From positions 1-64,000 of the forward strand of contig CAVVXT010000010.1 of NCBI GenBank assembly GCA_963752255.1: a stretch of 64,000 nucleotides of DNA. The letters run 5' to 3'. The notes beneath the pieces are model-generated. The model was not told the DNA's origin. It searched no databases and worked only from the letters and a program-made list of their open reading frames with translations. Shown here in pieces: positions 10,955-21,980 of the stretch. A program made the position numbers and the translations under genes. Position 1 is the first letter of the stretch. Each line of letters begins with the position of its first letter. The DNA comes from Nitrososphaeria archaeon (GTDB lineage Archaea > Thermoproteota > Nitrososphaeria > JACIWG01).

Positions 10955-12238
10955 ATGGAAGATCGTTTCAAAATCAAAGAGGTTCGTGCAAGGGAGATTC
11001 TAGACTGCAGAGGTGACCCAACAATAGAAGTTGATGTAATAACAAAAGGAGAAGCGGTTGGACGAGCCGACACTCCTTCAGGACGCTCAAGGGGAAAATA
11101 TGAGGCTTACGAGATTAGAGATAATGATAGAAGATATGGAGGCATGGGAGTTAGAAAAGCCGTAAAGACTGTAAATGAAGTTATCGCGCCAATCCTAAGG
11201 GGAATGGATGTCAGAGATCAAAGGGAAATCGATTATGCCATGGTTAATTGTGACGGAACTGAATACAAATCAAAGCTCGGAGGAAACTGCATGGTTGCTA
11301 CATCTCTGGCAACCGCAAAGGCTGCATCTAATAGTCTTGGCCTTTCCCTTTACAGATATATCGGCGGTTCGAACTCCTTCATACTTCCTGTGCCAATGTT
11401 TTTGTATATATGTGGTGGAGAGCTTGCAGCAACAGATTTTGATTTCCAGGAATTTAATGCAATGCCAATAGGTGCAAAGACATTTTCAGACGCAATTCAG
11501 ATGGGTTCAGAGGTTTACCATACCTTGGGAAAGATGTTGGCAAAGAAGTATGGAAAATATGCACTTAACACTGGAGATGAAGGATCATTTTCGCCTCCAG
11601 GAGTAAGCAACCCTGAAGAAGCTTATGAGATGATACTGAAAGCTATCGAAGAGGAGGGATATTCCGGTGACTTTATACTTGCTTTGGATGCTGCTTCAAC
11701 ACACATGTACAATAGTAAAACAGGCAAATACATATTCAGAGGTAAAGAGATTTCACGGACTGAATTGTTGGACATATATGAAAACCTTGTTAAAAAGTAC
11801 CCTCTAAGATCAATTGAAGACCCCTTTTATGAAGACGATTTTGAAGGATTTGTAGAGATCACAAAGAGGTTAGATATACAAGTCGTTGGAGACGACTTTT
11901 TCGTTTCAAACATCAAACGCCTTATCAAAGGCGTCGAAGTTCACGCAGCAAATTCGGTTCTCCTAAAAGTAAATCAAATAGGAACTCTAACAGAAGCACT
12001 GGAAACAGCTTCTTACGCACATAGAAATGGATATAGTGTTCTTGTCTCTGAAAGATCAGCTCAGACCGAAGATACGTGGCTCGCCGACCTTGCAGTCGCG
12101 ATTAATTCTGGTCAAATTAAGAATGGCGCACCAACCAGAAGTGAGAGGGTGGCCCAATTTAACCAGCTATTAAGAATAGAAGAAGACCTTGGCAGAAACG
12201 CGAGATACGCTGGTAGAAATTATAGGACTCCGCGATAA
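10955..12238 (+). CDS. enolase-family protein (divergent paralog)
   Basis: Full-length enolase fold with QEF, GDEG, ALD, SIEDP, VGDD and LLKVNQIG retained. PSGASTG is PSGRSRG, NGGxHA is CGGELA and SHRSG is SERSA. Confidence 0.9.
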   Translation: MEDRFKIKEVRAREILDCRGDPTIEVDVITKGEAVGRADTPSGRSRGKYEAYEIRDNDRRYGGMGVRKAVKTVNEVIAPILRGMDVRDQREIDYAMVNCDGTEYKSKLGGNCMVATSLATAKAASNSLGLSLYRYIGGSNSFILPVPMFLYICGGELAATDFDFQEFNAMPIGAKTFSDAIQMGSEVYHTLGKMLAKKYGKYALNTGDEGSFSPPGVSNPEEAYEMILKAIEEEGYSGDFILALDAASTHMYNSKTGKYIFRGKEISRTELLDIYENLVKKYPLRSIEDPFYEDDFEGFVEITKRLDIQVVGDDFFVSNIKRLIKGVEVHAANSVLLKVNQIGTLTEALETASYAHRNGYSVLVSERSAQTEDTWLADLAVAINSGQIKNGAPTRSERVAQFNQLLRIEEDLGRNARYAGRNYRTPR

Positions 12239-12291
12239 CCTTGCATAGATACTAAATTTTATTTACCTGTACTTTAGAATATGGATTAGAC

Positions 12292-13643
12292 ATGCTGATC
12301 AAGAATGCATCTGAACTGACATCAAAAGGAAATGCAGGGGGAAGGAAGGTTATCTTAAAGATTGTTGAGGAGACCCTAGAAAAAGTAAATTACTTTATAA
12401 TTTTGAAGGAACTTGTTCATTTGGAAAAAAACATACTTAAGATCCGGGACTTTGAGCTCAATTTGGACAAATTTAGGAATATTTATTTAATTGGCGGAGG
12501 AAAAAATTCAAGTTTTATGACCTCAGCTATTGATGAAATCCTCAGAGATCGGTTAACCGAAGGAATCGTAATCGAAAAAAAAGGATGCCTAAATAAGAAA
12601 ACGAAAATAGCTTATTCAACAGGAGGACATCCTCTTCCTGACTTAGACAGCGTTAAAAGCGCTCATAAAATCGCAAAGATGGTTCAGAAGGCTAAACAAG
12701 AAGATCTAATTATTGTCTGTGTTAGCGGAGGTTGGACGGCTCTAACTTCAAATCCTGAAGGAGGGATAACACTTAAAGAACTTCAGAAAACCTACGGACT
12801 TCTGCTAAAATCCGGAATGACGGTGGAACAGATGAACATTGTTCGAAACCGTCTCATCCAACTCGGTAAAGGAAAAATCCTTTCAATGGCTGATGGTGCT
12901 ACAATTGTCGGTTTAATAGCAGTCGATGAAGTGGAAGGCAAGCCTTGGGGACCAACAGTGTTCGACAGTTCAGCACCTTCGGATGGCATCAAAATTCTGC
13001 AGGACTTCAACTTATTTGAGAAGATACCATTAAGCGTTAAAGAATATCTTGTAAAAGAGGAATTGAAAAAAAAGACCACACGAGAAACAGGTTTCCAGCA
13101 TAATGGCCAAAGCCCATATAATTTCGTCATAGCAGATAACAGCTTACTATGTAAAGCAGCTCAAGACACTGCATCAAAATTTGGCATAAAATCGTTTTTG
13201 CTCTCTACTTCCATAAGAGGAGAAGCTAAGGATGTTGGGAGAGTAATAGCATCAATTTCAAAGGAAATTTCAAGGTTTAGAAGACCATTCGAACCTCCAT
13301 GTATTATTGTAGCAGGTGGAGAAACTACTGTGACAATTGTAGGAAAATCAGGGAAGGGGGGAAGAAACCAAGAGATGGCACTTTCGGCAGCCCAAGATAT
13401 TGAAGGCGTATCGAATATTGTCATAGCATCTGTGGCGACTGACGGAATCGATGGACCTACAGGAATCGCCGGCGCCATAGTGGACGGCACAACTATGAAG
13501 AATGTGGAAGAAAAGGGATTGAGCATAGTGAGAGAATTAAGTTGCCATAATTCTTCGTATGTGCTAGAAAAATATCTGATGCAATCTATACGTTTGACAC
13601 CGCAACGAATTTAATGGACCTTATATTGGTCTACATATCTTAA
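12292..13643 (+). CDS. glycerate 2-kinase-like (GckA/TtuD, MOFRL domain), divergent, C-terminal frameshift
   Basis: GGHPLPD, GGETTV, GGRNQE, TDGIDG. The alternate frame after ~13570 gives DAIYTFDTATNLMDL to a stop at 13643. Confidence 0.85.
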
Positions 13644-13719
13644 TAACACTCAAATCTCATAAAGAAAGGGTTAAAAGGTAAAGTATTTATTTGATAAAAA
13701 AAAATAAGTGTACACCTAA

Positions 13720-14973
13720 ATGACGGAGCTTATAGAAAAAGCTAGAGCAGCCAAGATGGTATCGTATGAGCTTGCACGGTCAAGTGACGAAACTAGGAAA
13801 AAAGGATTGACTTTAATGGCTAAAGGCCTCCTTGATCGATCGAAAGAAATTTTAGAAGCTAACAAAAGAGATGTTGAAGAATTTAAAGCGTACAATCCGG
13901 GCTCTCCCCTAGTTGACAGACTTCTTCTAAACGATGAAAGACTGAAGGAGTGTGCCGATGGATTAATTAGGATCGCTTTTTTACATGATCCAATAGGGGA
14001 AGTTGTTGAAGGATGGAGAACTAAGGTTGGACTCGACATCGTTAAAGTTAGGGTTCCAATCGGAGTTCTTGGCGCAGTATTCGAAGCGAGACCTAACGTT
14101 ACGGTCGACATCAGCGGGTTAGCTTTAAGATCAGGGAACTCATGCATACTAAGAGGTGGGTCAGAAGCTCTTAATTCCAACATTAAAATCGTTGAAGTTT
14201 TAAAATCTTCACTTGGAGATGTGCTACCTAAAGAAGTTATACAGATAATCGTATCAAAGGATAGAGCGATTGTTGATGAGATGTTAAAACTGAATGATTA
14301 CATAGATGTCATTGTGCCAAGGGGAAGTGCATCGTTTATAAAATATGTCAGGGACAGAGCAACGGTTCCGATTATTGAGACAGGTGCCGGCAACAACCAT
14401 ATCTTTGTTAACTGGGACGCTGATTTCGAAGTCGCTAATAGGATAATTTTGAACGCGAAGGTTCAAAGGCCAACTGTCTGTAACGCGGTTAGAAAAATAC
14501 TTGTTCACGAGCAGATAGCTGAAAAGTACATTCCTAGCCTTGTCTCGGAAATGAGGAAGCATAGTGTTTTTATCAAAGGGGACGGTAGAACACAGGAGAT
14601 CGTTAAGAACGTGGTGCTAGCCACTGAAAAAGATTGGTATGAAGAATATATGGACCTCACTTTAGCTATTAAGGTTGTTGGTTCAGTTGAACAGGCCGTA
14701 GATCACATTAACAAGTATGGTACAAGACATTCTGATTGCATTATAACAAAAAACATTGATGAAGCAAAATATTTTACTTGGAATGTTGATAGTGCACGTG
14801 TATACGTTAATGCTTCAACAAGATTCACAGATGGTGCAGAATTTGGATTTGGCGCAGAAGTTGGTATAAGCACGCAGAAGATACATGCAAGAGGACCTAT
14901 GGGACTGAGAGAACTTACGACTACTAAGTATATCATCAACGGTAGTGGTCAAATTAGGGAACTTAGAAACTGA
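13720..14973 (+). CDS. proA: gamma-glutamyl phosphate reductase
   Basis: FEARPNVT, LRGGSEA, RPTVCNA, NASTRFTDG, GISTQKIHARGPMG. Confidence 0.96.
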   Translation: MTELIEKARAAKMVSYELARSSDETRKKGLTLMAKGLLDRSKEILEANKRDVEEFKAYNPGSPLVDRLLLNDERLKECADGLIRIAFLHDPIGEVVEGWRTKVGLDIVKVRVPIGVLGAVFEARPNVTVDISGLALRSGNSCILRGGSEALNSNIKIVEVLKSSLGDVLPKEVIQIIVSKDRAIVDEMLKLNDYIDVIVPRGSASFIKYVRDRATVPIIETGAGNNHIFVNWDADFEVANRIILNAKVQRPTVCNAVRKILVHEQIAEKYIPSLVSEMRKHSVFIKGDGRTQEIVKNVVLATEKDWYEEYMDLTLAIKVVGSVEQAVDHINKYGTRHSDCIITKNIDEAKYFTWNVDSARVYVNASTRFTDGAEFGFGAEVGISTQKIHARGPMGLRELTTTKYIINGSGQIRELRN

Positions 14974-15746
14974 GCAGTGAAGCTTTATCTGCCCCCGCTT
15001 TGATTGCTTCTATTATTGACCCTTTAACCGCTTTTCTCTCGAGAATGTAAATACCTTCTATGGTAGTTCCTCCCGGAGTAGCTACTCTCTCAAGTATTTC
15101 GTCGAAACCTTTCTCTTCAAGTAGCTTTGAAGTACCGAGGAAAACTTTGATGGCGACCTTCTTAGCTGTATTATGGGGCAGCCCCAGAAGGACCCCGGCT
15201 TCATAGAATGATTTGATCATTTCAGAAGCGAAAGCGACACCACTTCCTGACAACGAGGTGAACGCATTAATAGCATTTTCTTCGACAACAAAAACATCAC
15301 CCAGTTCTAGACAGTAATTTTTCAACTTTCATTCTTTGTTCGATACGGACATCTTTCAGGCTTGCCAAAGCTATCGAAGCCTCGCAAACTTCACATGATA
15401 TGTTTGGCATGGCTCGGAAAATTCCTTTACCTTGAACTCTCGAGGATATAACTTCAAGCTTCAACCCGCCAACAAAGGAGATAAGAACCTTATCTTCTTC
15501 CACACCGCTGAGTTGAGAAGCAACGTTGTTGAAGTCTTTTGGTTTAACACACAAAAGAAGTGCATCTGTATTTGATTGCAAAACCTTTATTGATGGAGCA
15601 GATCTAATTAAAAGGTTTTTGAAAGAGTCGACTTTACTCGTGTCTACATCAAAGACAAAAATATCTTCTGGAGCAACACCCGACTTTAGAAGACCTTTTG
15701 CAACCGCACTTCCTAGACTTCCAAGACCCAATATACCAATGTTCAT
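14963..15746 (-). CDS. proC: pyrroline-5-carboxylate reductase, frameshifted near 15315
   Basis: ORF 15297-15746 has GLGSLG, CVKP and RAMPN; ORF 14963-15325 has SGSG and VATPGGTT. Confidence 0.92.
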
Positions 15747-15792
15747 AGCCCAATTCTTCTGGAAACATGTAATAAACTTTACTTACATTCTT

Positions 15793-16475
15793 TCAGATTC
15801 CTTTGAACAACCTTGCCGCAAACACTGTCGGAAGCCCTGCTTGAACAATTTTTCTCGCCGAAAGCTCCCGATCGTAGTCTAATTCGAAGATTTTAACGCC
15901 CAAAGTTTCTAGGTCAAGATTACAGTATCTTGCTAAAGGGTTACCATCCCTAGGTTGCCCAACGCTACCTGGATTAAAAATGACCTTATCGAGTTTGCTA
16001 TAAACGTAGGGGACGTGTAAGTGGCCTAATCCTATGACAGATTCCTCGAATTCTGTAGCATATGAAAGAAATTTGAATGGATCTGTTTCTGGATGAATAT
16101 AGTCGCCGAATATCGGATCTTCCGGCAAAGCGTGGGCAAGCATGATTTTCCTATTTTCTTTTTTGAAGCGTAATATTTTTGGAAGAGAGGAAAGAAAATC
16201 TAAGTTTTCCTTAGTAATCATCTTTCTCGTCCATTTAATAGCACTAATAGCTCTTGGATTGAAAGACGACATGTTACCTGACTCAACGGCGTAATCATGG
16301 TTACCGATAATCGATTTAATGTTACTTGAACGAATGATGTCCACGACTTCGTTGGGGTTCGCTCCATATCCAACAAGATCACCTAAACAGTATATGGTCG
16401 AACCTTTCACGACTTCAGTACGGCTTCTAAAGCTTCTAAGTTGCTATGTATATCTGCAATGAAAGTAATTTCCAA
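15793..16475 (-). CDS. metallophosphoesterase (YfcE/MJ0936-like), frameshift near the N-terminus
   Basis: Upstream frame MEITFIADIHSNLEALEAVL, then GDLVGYG, GNHD, GHLH and NPGSVGQPRDG. Confidence 0.9.
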
Positions 16476-16593
16476 TTAGCTCAACCACTTGTATATAGTT
16501 ACATTTATTTATTTGTTAAAAATATAAAAATTCAATAACGCGTTTTCTTTAACATTTGGGGTGCGGATGAATCTGCTAGAGTAGGAAACAGGA

Positions 16594-19500
16594 ATGTTAG
16601 AAGCTAGTTATCAACCTAAGGAAATTGAAGAATCGATAAGAATCTACTGGGAAAGCCATCAAATACGTAAAAGGGTTGAAAAAAGAGACGACCAAGAAAA
16701 AACTGTGGGATATGTTGAAGGGCCTCCAACGTTGAATGGAGAACCACATATTGGACACATCAGAGGGCGCTTCTATAAAGATCTCTGGTTTCGGTATGCA
16801 ACTCTTGCTGGAAAAAATGTCATCTTTAGAGGGGGATGGGACACCCAAGGGCTCCCGGTTGAGCTGCAGGCCGCAAAAGAACTTGGGATAGCAGGGGGTA
16901 AACAGGAGATCATAAACTTTGGAATGGAAAAGTTGGTCATGAAAGCTAAGGAAATGATAAAGAAATACTATTTATCATGGATTACTTCAGACAGACTTCT
17001 TGGAGTGATGATGGATCATGATAAAGATTATTGGACTTACAAAGATGAGTTCATAGAAAGAGAATGGCAGATCCTGAAGGCCGCTTGGGAGGAAGGGCTA
17101 ATGGGGGAAAGTTACCGGGTCGTTGGATACTGCCCAAGCTGTCAGACTGCGTTAAGCCACAGTGAGGTAAGTTCTCAATATGAAATGCTTGAGGATCATT
17201 CCCTCTATTACAAAGCAAAGCTAAAGGGTTATGGAAAAAGGTTTATCGTTCTCTGGACCACCATGCCTTTTACACTTATAACGGATGAAATGGTTGCCGC
17301 AAATCCGAGCGCAAAATATTCTATTGTTGAAGTAAAAAATGAAGAATGGATCATAGCATCGAGTAGGCTCAATGATTTGATGAAAGAGTTGGGAATAGAA
17401 GTTTTTCACACTGAAAAGGAAATAGATGGAGGCGACCTTGAGGGGGAGAGATACAACTACCCACTATCAGAGGAGGTGCCTAAGCAGGTTGAAATTGAAG
17501 AGAAATTTAACACTCATGTTATAATTCTAGACGATTCGGTCGATATCAGTACGGGAACAGGGCTCGTGCACATGTCACCCTCGAACGGTGAAGTAGATTT
17601 CGATTTAGCTCAGCGAGAGGGGCTCCCGACATTTAATCCATTTGATGAATCAGTAAATTTCACTTCGGAAGCTGGAAAATATTCGGGAACCTTTGTGAGG
17701 GACACCGACGCGATCGTAATTGAAGACCTTAGAAAGAAGGATCTTTTAGTCTTGGACTCAAAAATTGTTCACGAGTACCCTACCTGTTGGAGGTCACATC
17801 ATCGCCTTATCTGGCTGGCTAGGAGAGAGTATTTCTATTGGGTTGATAGGATAGGTGAACGTGCACTTGAAGCTGCAGAAAACGTGGAGTACTTCTTTGA
17901 TGCCCCAAAGCACAGATTCTTGAACATAATTAAGGAGATGAAGCCATGGTGTATATCAAGAGAAAGGGTGTGGGGCGCTCCACTGCCGATATGGGCGTGC
18001 AGCGTGTGCGGGGAAAAGAACGCTCTCTTTAGCAGGAGGGAAATAATTGAGAATTCCTTAGAACTACCTGATGGGAAGAACTTTGAGCTTCACAGGCCCT
18101 GGATAGATCGAATCGTGATAAAATGTAGAAAATGTGGTGGAAAAGCGTTCAGAGAGCCCTTTGTACTCGACACATGGCATAATTCTGGATCGTCTCAGTA
18201 CGCTGCCTTTACAGATCAAGAATACGAAAAATATGTCCCGGTAGAATTTCTTACAGAAGGTATTGATCAGACTAGAGGGTGGGCTTACAGCCTCCTTATA
18301 CTTAGCGTCATATTCAACAAGGCGCCTAAATCGGCATACAAATCATTCCTCTTCCAGGGACACATACTTGGTCCAGATGAAACAAAGATGTCAAAAAGTC
18401 TTGGTAACATCATAGATGGCAATAGGACACTAACAGAGAATTCAGTTGATGCCATAAGATTCTACCTTGCCTGGAAAATATCTCCAATATCCACACTCGT
18501 ATTTAACCCCAACGAAATCTCGGGAAGACCATTTCAAGTACTAAACACCCTGTACCATCTACACATATATTTCCAGCAAAATGGAACCATCGACCACTTT
18601 GACGATAAAAAATATGGTATAGAGTGGGCGCTAAATAAGGGTAAGATTTACTTTTTAGATAAATGGATACTTTCTAGAACTCAAAGAGCAGTTGATAAAA
18701 CGGTTAACGCCTACAGCAAGGCGGAATATAACGAGGCAGCAAGAGTTATCGAATGTTTCATAATAGAAGAGCTTAGTCAAAAGTACATTCCTTCGATTAG
18801 AAAAGAACTCTGGACCGATGATCCTAAATCTGAGAACAGAAGAATGACGGTGTACGCTGTTTTATCATATTGCCTAAAAACACTAGATTTACTGCTGCAT
18901 CCTATTTCACCCTTCATTACGGAAAAACTATACATCGAATGTTTTAGAGATAGAAGGGATTCAATTCTGATGGAAAACTTTCCAACAGTAAGAAGGGAGT
19001 TAGTGAAAGAAGAAATTGAAGAGAAATTTCTTTTGATAGATAGAATGATCTCTGAAACAAACGCGTTGAGGATGAAGGCAAAGCTTAAAAGAAGATGGCC
19101 TGTCGAGAAGGTTGTCTTTGTTTTAGAGAAAGAAGTTAAGTTATCCCAAGAAGAAGAGGACATGTTAAAAGACGCGATAAACGCAAAACAATTAGAAGTA
19201 CTTGGCAACATCGAAAAGGCACCTATTCAGGAAAATCTTAAGCCCAACATGCAGATTTTGGGAAGGAAACTAAAGAAAGACCTACCTAAACTGTTAGAGT
19301 ATTTAAATAAAGAAGACACGGTTAAGCTATCGAACAGGTTAAAAAGAGAAAAGGAAGTGGTCATAATGTTAGGCAGAAACCAAGTTAAATTAGAAGAAAA
19401 TGACTTCCAATATGTTATCGAACCTAAGAGAGGGTTTGAATTCAAGGACGCAGCGGATATAAAGATTTTCATGAAAACAGAGAGAAACGAGGCCCTGATC

Positions 19501-19758
19501 AAGGAAGGAGCGTTAAGAGATATCGCAAGGAGGATACAGGCATATAGAAAAGAGATTGGCCTCAACCCAACAAAGATAGTAAATAACGTTCAGATATGGA
19601 GCGACGATGAGGAACTCATAGAAACGATAAAAGAAAAAGAGGACGAACTTAAGTTCTTGGTCAGATCGGAAAAGGTTACAGTCGAAGAAGATTTTGACCC
19701 AGATTGGAAAATGGAAGAAATGGATGATAGAAAAATAAGAATACACGTAGAGCACTAG
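16594..19758 (+). CDS. ileS: isoleucine--tRNA ligase
   Basis: GPPTLNGEPHIGH, GWDTQGLPVE, WTTMPFTL, WCISR, EGIDQTRGW, KMSKS. Confidence 0.97.
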   Translation: MLEASYQPKEIEESIRIYWESHQIRKRVEKRDDQEKTVGYVEGPPTLNGEPHIGHIRGRFYKDLWFRYATLAGKNVIFRGGWDTQGLPVELQAAKELGIAGGKQEIINFGMEKLVMKAKEMIKKYYLSWITSDRLLGVMMDHDKDYWTYKDEFIEREWQILKAAWEEGLMGESYRVVGYCPSCQTALSHSEVSSQYEMLEDHSLYYKAKLKGYGKRFIVLWTTMPFTLITDEMVAANPSAKYSIVEVKNEEWIIASSRLNDLMKELGIEVFHTEKEIDGGDLEGERYNYPLSEEVPKQVEIEEKFNTHVIILDDSVDISTGTGLVHMSPSNGEVDFDLAQREGLPTFNPFDESVNFTSEAGKYSGTFVRDTDAIVIEDLRKKDLLVLDSKIVHEYPTCWRSHHRLIWLARREYFYWVDRIGERALEAAENVEYFFDAPKHRFLNIIKEMKPWCISRERVWGAPLPIWACSVCGEKNALFSRREIIENSLELPDGKNFELHRPWIDRIVIKCRKCGGKAFREPFVLDTWHNSGSSQYAAFTDQEYEKYVPVEFLTEGIDQTRGWAYSLLILSVIFNKAPKSAYKSFLFQGHILGPDETKMSKSLGNIIDGNRTLTENSVDAIRFYLAWKISPISTLVFNPNEISGRPFQVLNTLYHLHIYFQQNGTIDHFDDKKYGIEWALNKGKIYFLDKWILSRTQRAVDKTVNAYSKAEYNEAARVIECFIIEELSQKYIPSIRKELWTDDPKSENRRMTVYAVLSYCLKTLDLLLHPISPFITEKLYIECFRDRRDSILMENFPTVRRELVKEEIEEKFLLIDRMISETNALRMKAKLKRRWPVEKVVFVLEKEVKLSQEEEDMLKDAINAKQLEVLGNIEKAPIQENLKPNMQILGRKLKKDLPKLLEYLNKEDTVKLSNRLKREKEVVIMLGRNQVKLEENDFQYVIEPKRGFEFKDAADIKIFMKTERNEALIKEGALRDIARRIQAYRKEIGLNPTKIVNNVQIWSDDEELIETIKEKEDELKFLVRSEKVTVEEDFDPDWKMEEMDDRKIRIHVEH

Positions 19759-19763
19759 TAAAT

Positions 19764-20681
19764 CTAACCATACATTCCTTGGAATTCGGTGGAACCTTCT
19801 TCTGCGATGGGAACTTTTGAAATCACATCAACTGTGTACTCAACATCTTTCTTGCCTAAGAACCAAGAAATTGAAGACATGAGAGAAGAAGGCAAATCCT
19901 GCTCATAAATCTTGCCCCCTCTTCTTAATTCACCAAATGCTTCATCAAAGTCGCTATCCAGTTGTTTCAAACTTTTTAAACAAACTCGGCGCCATCGAGC
20001 TAAGGAAAGAGTTGAAGGTCTGTCTATGATTTTCTTAAGCATTTTTCTCTCAGAATCGTTATCCAAATTTAATTTACTGGATTTCTTTCCTATTTTCTCA
20101 CAGTAAACTAAATAGACTAAAGAAATTTTTCTCCTTATTTCACTTATTCTGTACAGAAGGCTTACGCCAAAGAAAGGTATTTCATCCCTTCTTGAAATCT
20201 CCAGATTTGTTTCAAAGCCTAAGACAAGAGGAATAAGGAGATTTTCAGGAAGGCTTGGGTTGAATGCTGGTTCGACGGAAAATGAGTTGATTTCAGAATA
20301 AACTGATAACATGGTGCTTAAAATATCCGAAATTCTGGAATTCGTGTATATCATCTCCTCTGAAGAATCATCTTTAAGCTTAGAAGCCAAATATGCAGCA
20401 GCAAAACAAGCCGATTCAATCGATGACACAAATTTCCTTCTCATCTTAATTCTCCAAGCGGTATCCTGATACCAATACCTCCTATATCGTCTTTGGATAG
20501 ATATCTGCTCTGTTAAACTCCTATTTCTGTAGATCATATCCATTATTCTATCCGCCCTATTTTTTCTGACTTTCTCCAACAGTAAAGAAGATTCTTGGAA
20601 AGAAATGACTTTTTTAAAGTACAGCAACTGTATGAGAGAAGAGACTACCAACTTCTTTTCGTGCTCGTTGTGAAGAGACAT
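19764..20681 (-). CDS. hypothetical protein (basic, predicted helical)
   Basis: 305-aa uninterrupted ORF, no motif recognised. Confidence 0.7.
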   Translation of the reverse strand: MSLHNEHEKKLVVSSLIQLLYFKKVISFQESSLLLEKVRKNRADRIMDMIYRNRSLTEQISIQRRYRRYWYQDTAWRIKMRRKFVSSIESACFAAAYLASKLKDDSSEEMIYTNSRISDILSTMLSVYSEINSFSVEPAFNPSLPENLLIPLVLGFETNLEISRRDEIPFFGVSLLYRISEIRRKISLVYLVYCEKIGKKSSKLNLDNDSERKMLKKIIDRPSTLSLARWRRVCLKSLKQLDSDFDEAFGELRRGGKIYEQDLPSSLMSSISWFLGKKDVEYTVDVISKVPIAEEGSTEFQGMYG

Positions 20682-20871
20682 TTTTACAGTAAAAGAAAAC
20701 CCAGATAGTCATTTAAATTAATTAGTCAAAAAATATGCTTCTATTTAGGAAAAATTTGAACCTCAATACACGATTCAGTAGCGAAATGCACTTTTTTGAA
20801 ACTTTTTTAGAATAACTTATCAACACCTTCGAGACATAAATAAAGTCTCAACAAAGAAATTGATGAATGGG

Positions 20872-21903
20872 CTAGATTCGATCATTATGAGAACTAAAAT
20901 CTGTAATGTTAGACTGGCTTCCGGTTAAAGATCTAGCTTCATATCCCATGCTTCTCAGGATGCTTGCAAACTCCATTGAGAACCCGTGAACCGTATACAC
21001 TCTCTCCGGATCAACTTTCTTGACTATTTTAATTAGGTCATTAAAATCACAATGATCACTTAAGGGCAAATGATAGTCTTGTCCATTAAGATTTCCAAAT
21101 CGCCCGTCTATAGCCCATCCCGTAAATGAAAAAGTTACAGCACCATATTTCTTTTTAAGATATGAGACCATAATGTTATTGGAATAGTTTGATGGTGCTA
21201 TCATAATCCAAGGCCTCTTCCCCAAAAGACCCTCATTCTTTGCTACTTGATAACTGATAAAGGATTTCAGAGGGACACCTAAACTAGAACAAACAGCGTT
21301 CATCTTTTTAATTGATTCAGAAACATATATGGGAGACCAAGAAGAGAATAAATAAGATAAAACCTGCGCTTTTCCGAGAACATATCCACAGAGTATGACA
21401 GGCATTCCTTTGGAATACATCCCTGAAATCAGCTTATTTGCTTCGTCAACTACCGTTGCTGGAGAAGGAAAAGAATATCTACTACTGCCATAGGTTGTTT
21501 CTATAACTAAGGTTTTAGCCTTCGGAATCTTTGGCGCATTTAGAAAAGCTCTTGGTCTAAGAGCAATATCGCCCGTATAAAATAAATCATCTGAAATTAA
21601 TATCGACTTTGAACCTACGATATGACCAGAATCAAATAGTTCTATGCCTCCAAAATCTATTGGGTCAGGAAGATTGAAACCTCTTTCCCTTGCGATGGCA
21701 ACTGTTTCTTTTGACGATATTAGATTGTTCTTGATATTGCTGCAAACGTGGTCGATGTGGGCATGTGAAATAAATACGTAGTCGGTATTGGTAGGAGAAC
21801 GCGGGTCGAGAGCGAAAGTCTTCGTTCTATGTTCGACAACGATTCCATGATTCATGCTTACGGTTGTATTCCCCAACAAGATGCCACCATAGGTATAGAG
21901 CAC
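20872..21903 (-). CDS. MBL-fold/beta-CASP nuclease
   Basis: ISHAHIDH, SGHIVGS, YTGD, ETTYG, LSDHCD, TVHG. Confidence 0.9.
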   Translation of the reverse strand: MLYTYGGILLGNTTVSMNHGIVVEHRTKTFALDPRSPTNTDYVFISHAHIDHVCSNIKNNLISSKETVAIARERGFNLPDPIDFGGIELFDSGHIVGSKSILISDDLFYTGDIALRPRAFLNAPKIPKAKTLVIETTYGSSRYSFPSPATVVDEANKLISGMYSKGMPVILCGYVLGKAQVLSYLFSSWSPIYVSESIKKMNAVCSSLGVPLKSFISYQVAKNEGLLGKRPWIMIAPSNYSNNIMVSYLKKKYGAVTFSFTGWAIDGRFGNLNGQDYHLPLSDHCDFNDLIKIVKKVDPERVYTVHGFSMEFASILRSMGYEARSLTGSQSNITDFSSHNDRI

Positions 21904-21980
21904 TAAAGCTGTTATTGTTGATGTAATTAAATCTAAGCTTTCCTCATTTTAAGTTAGTGCACAGATTTAACATTTTGGGG

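Noticed and set aside
13716-14183. Antisense ORFs overlapping core genes (this one and many similar)
   Set aside because: Shadow ORFs of well-supported genes with no independent motifs.
14963-15746. Programmed frameshifting in proC or other split genes
   Set aside because: No consistent slippery sequence or stimulatory structure; the window-wide indel rate explains the breaks.
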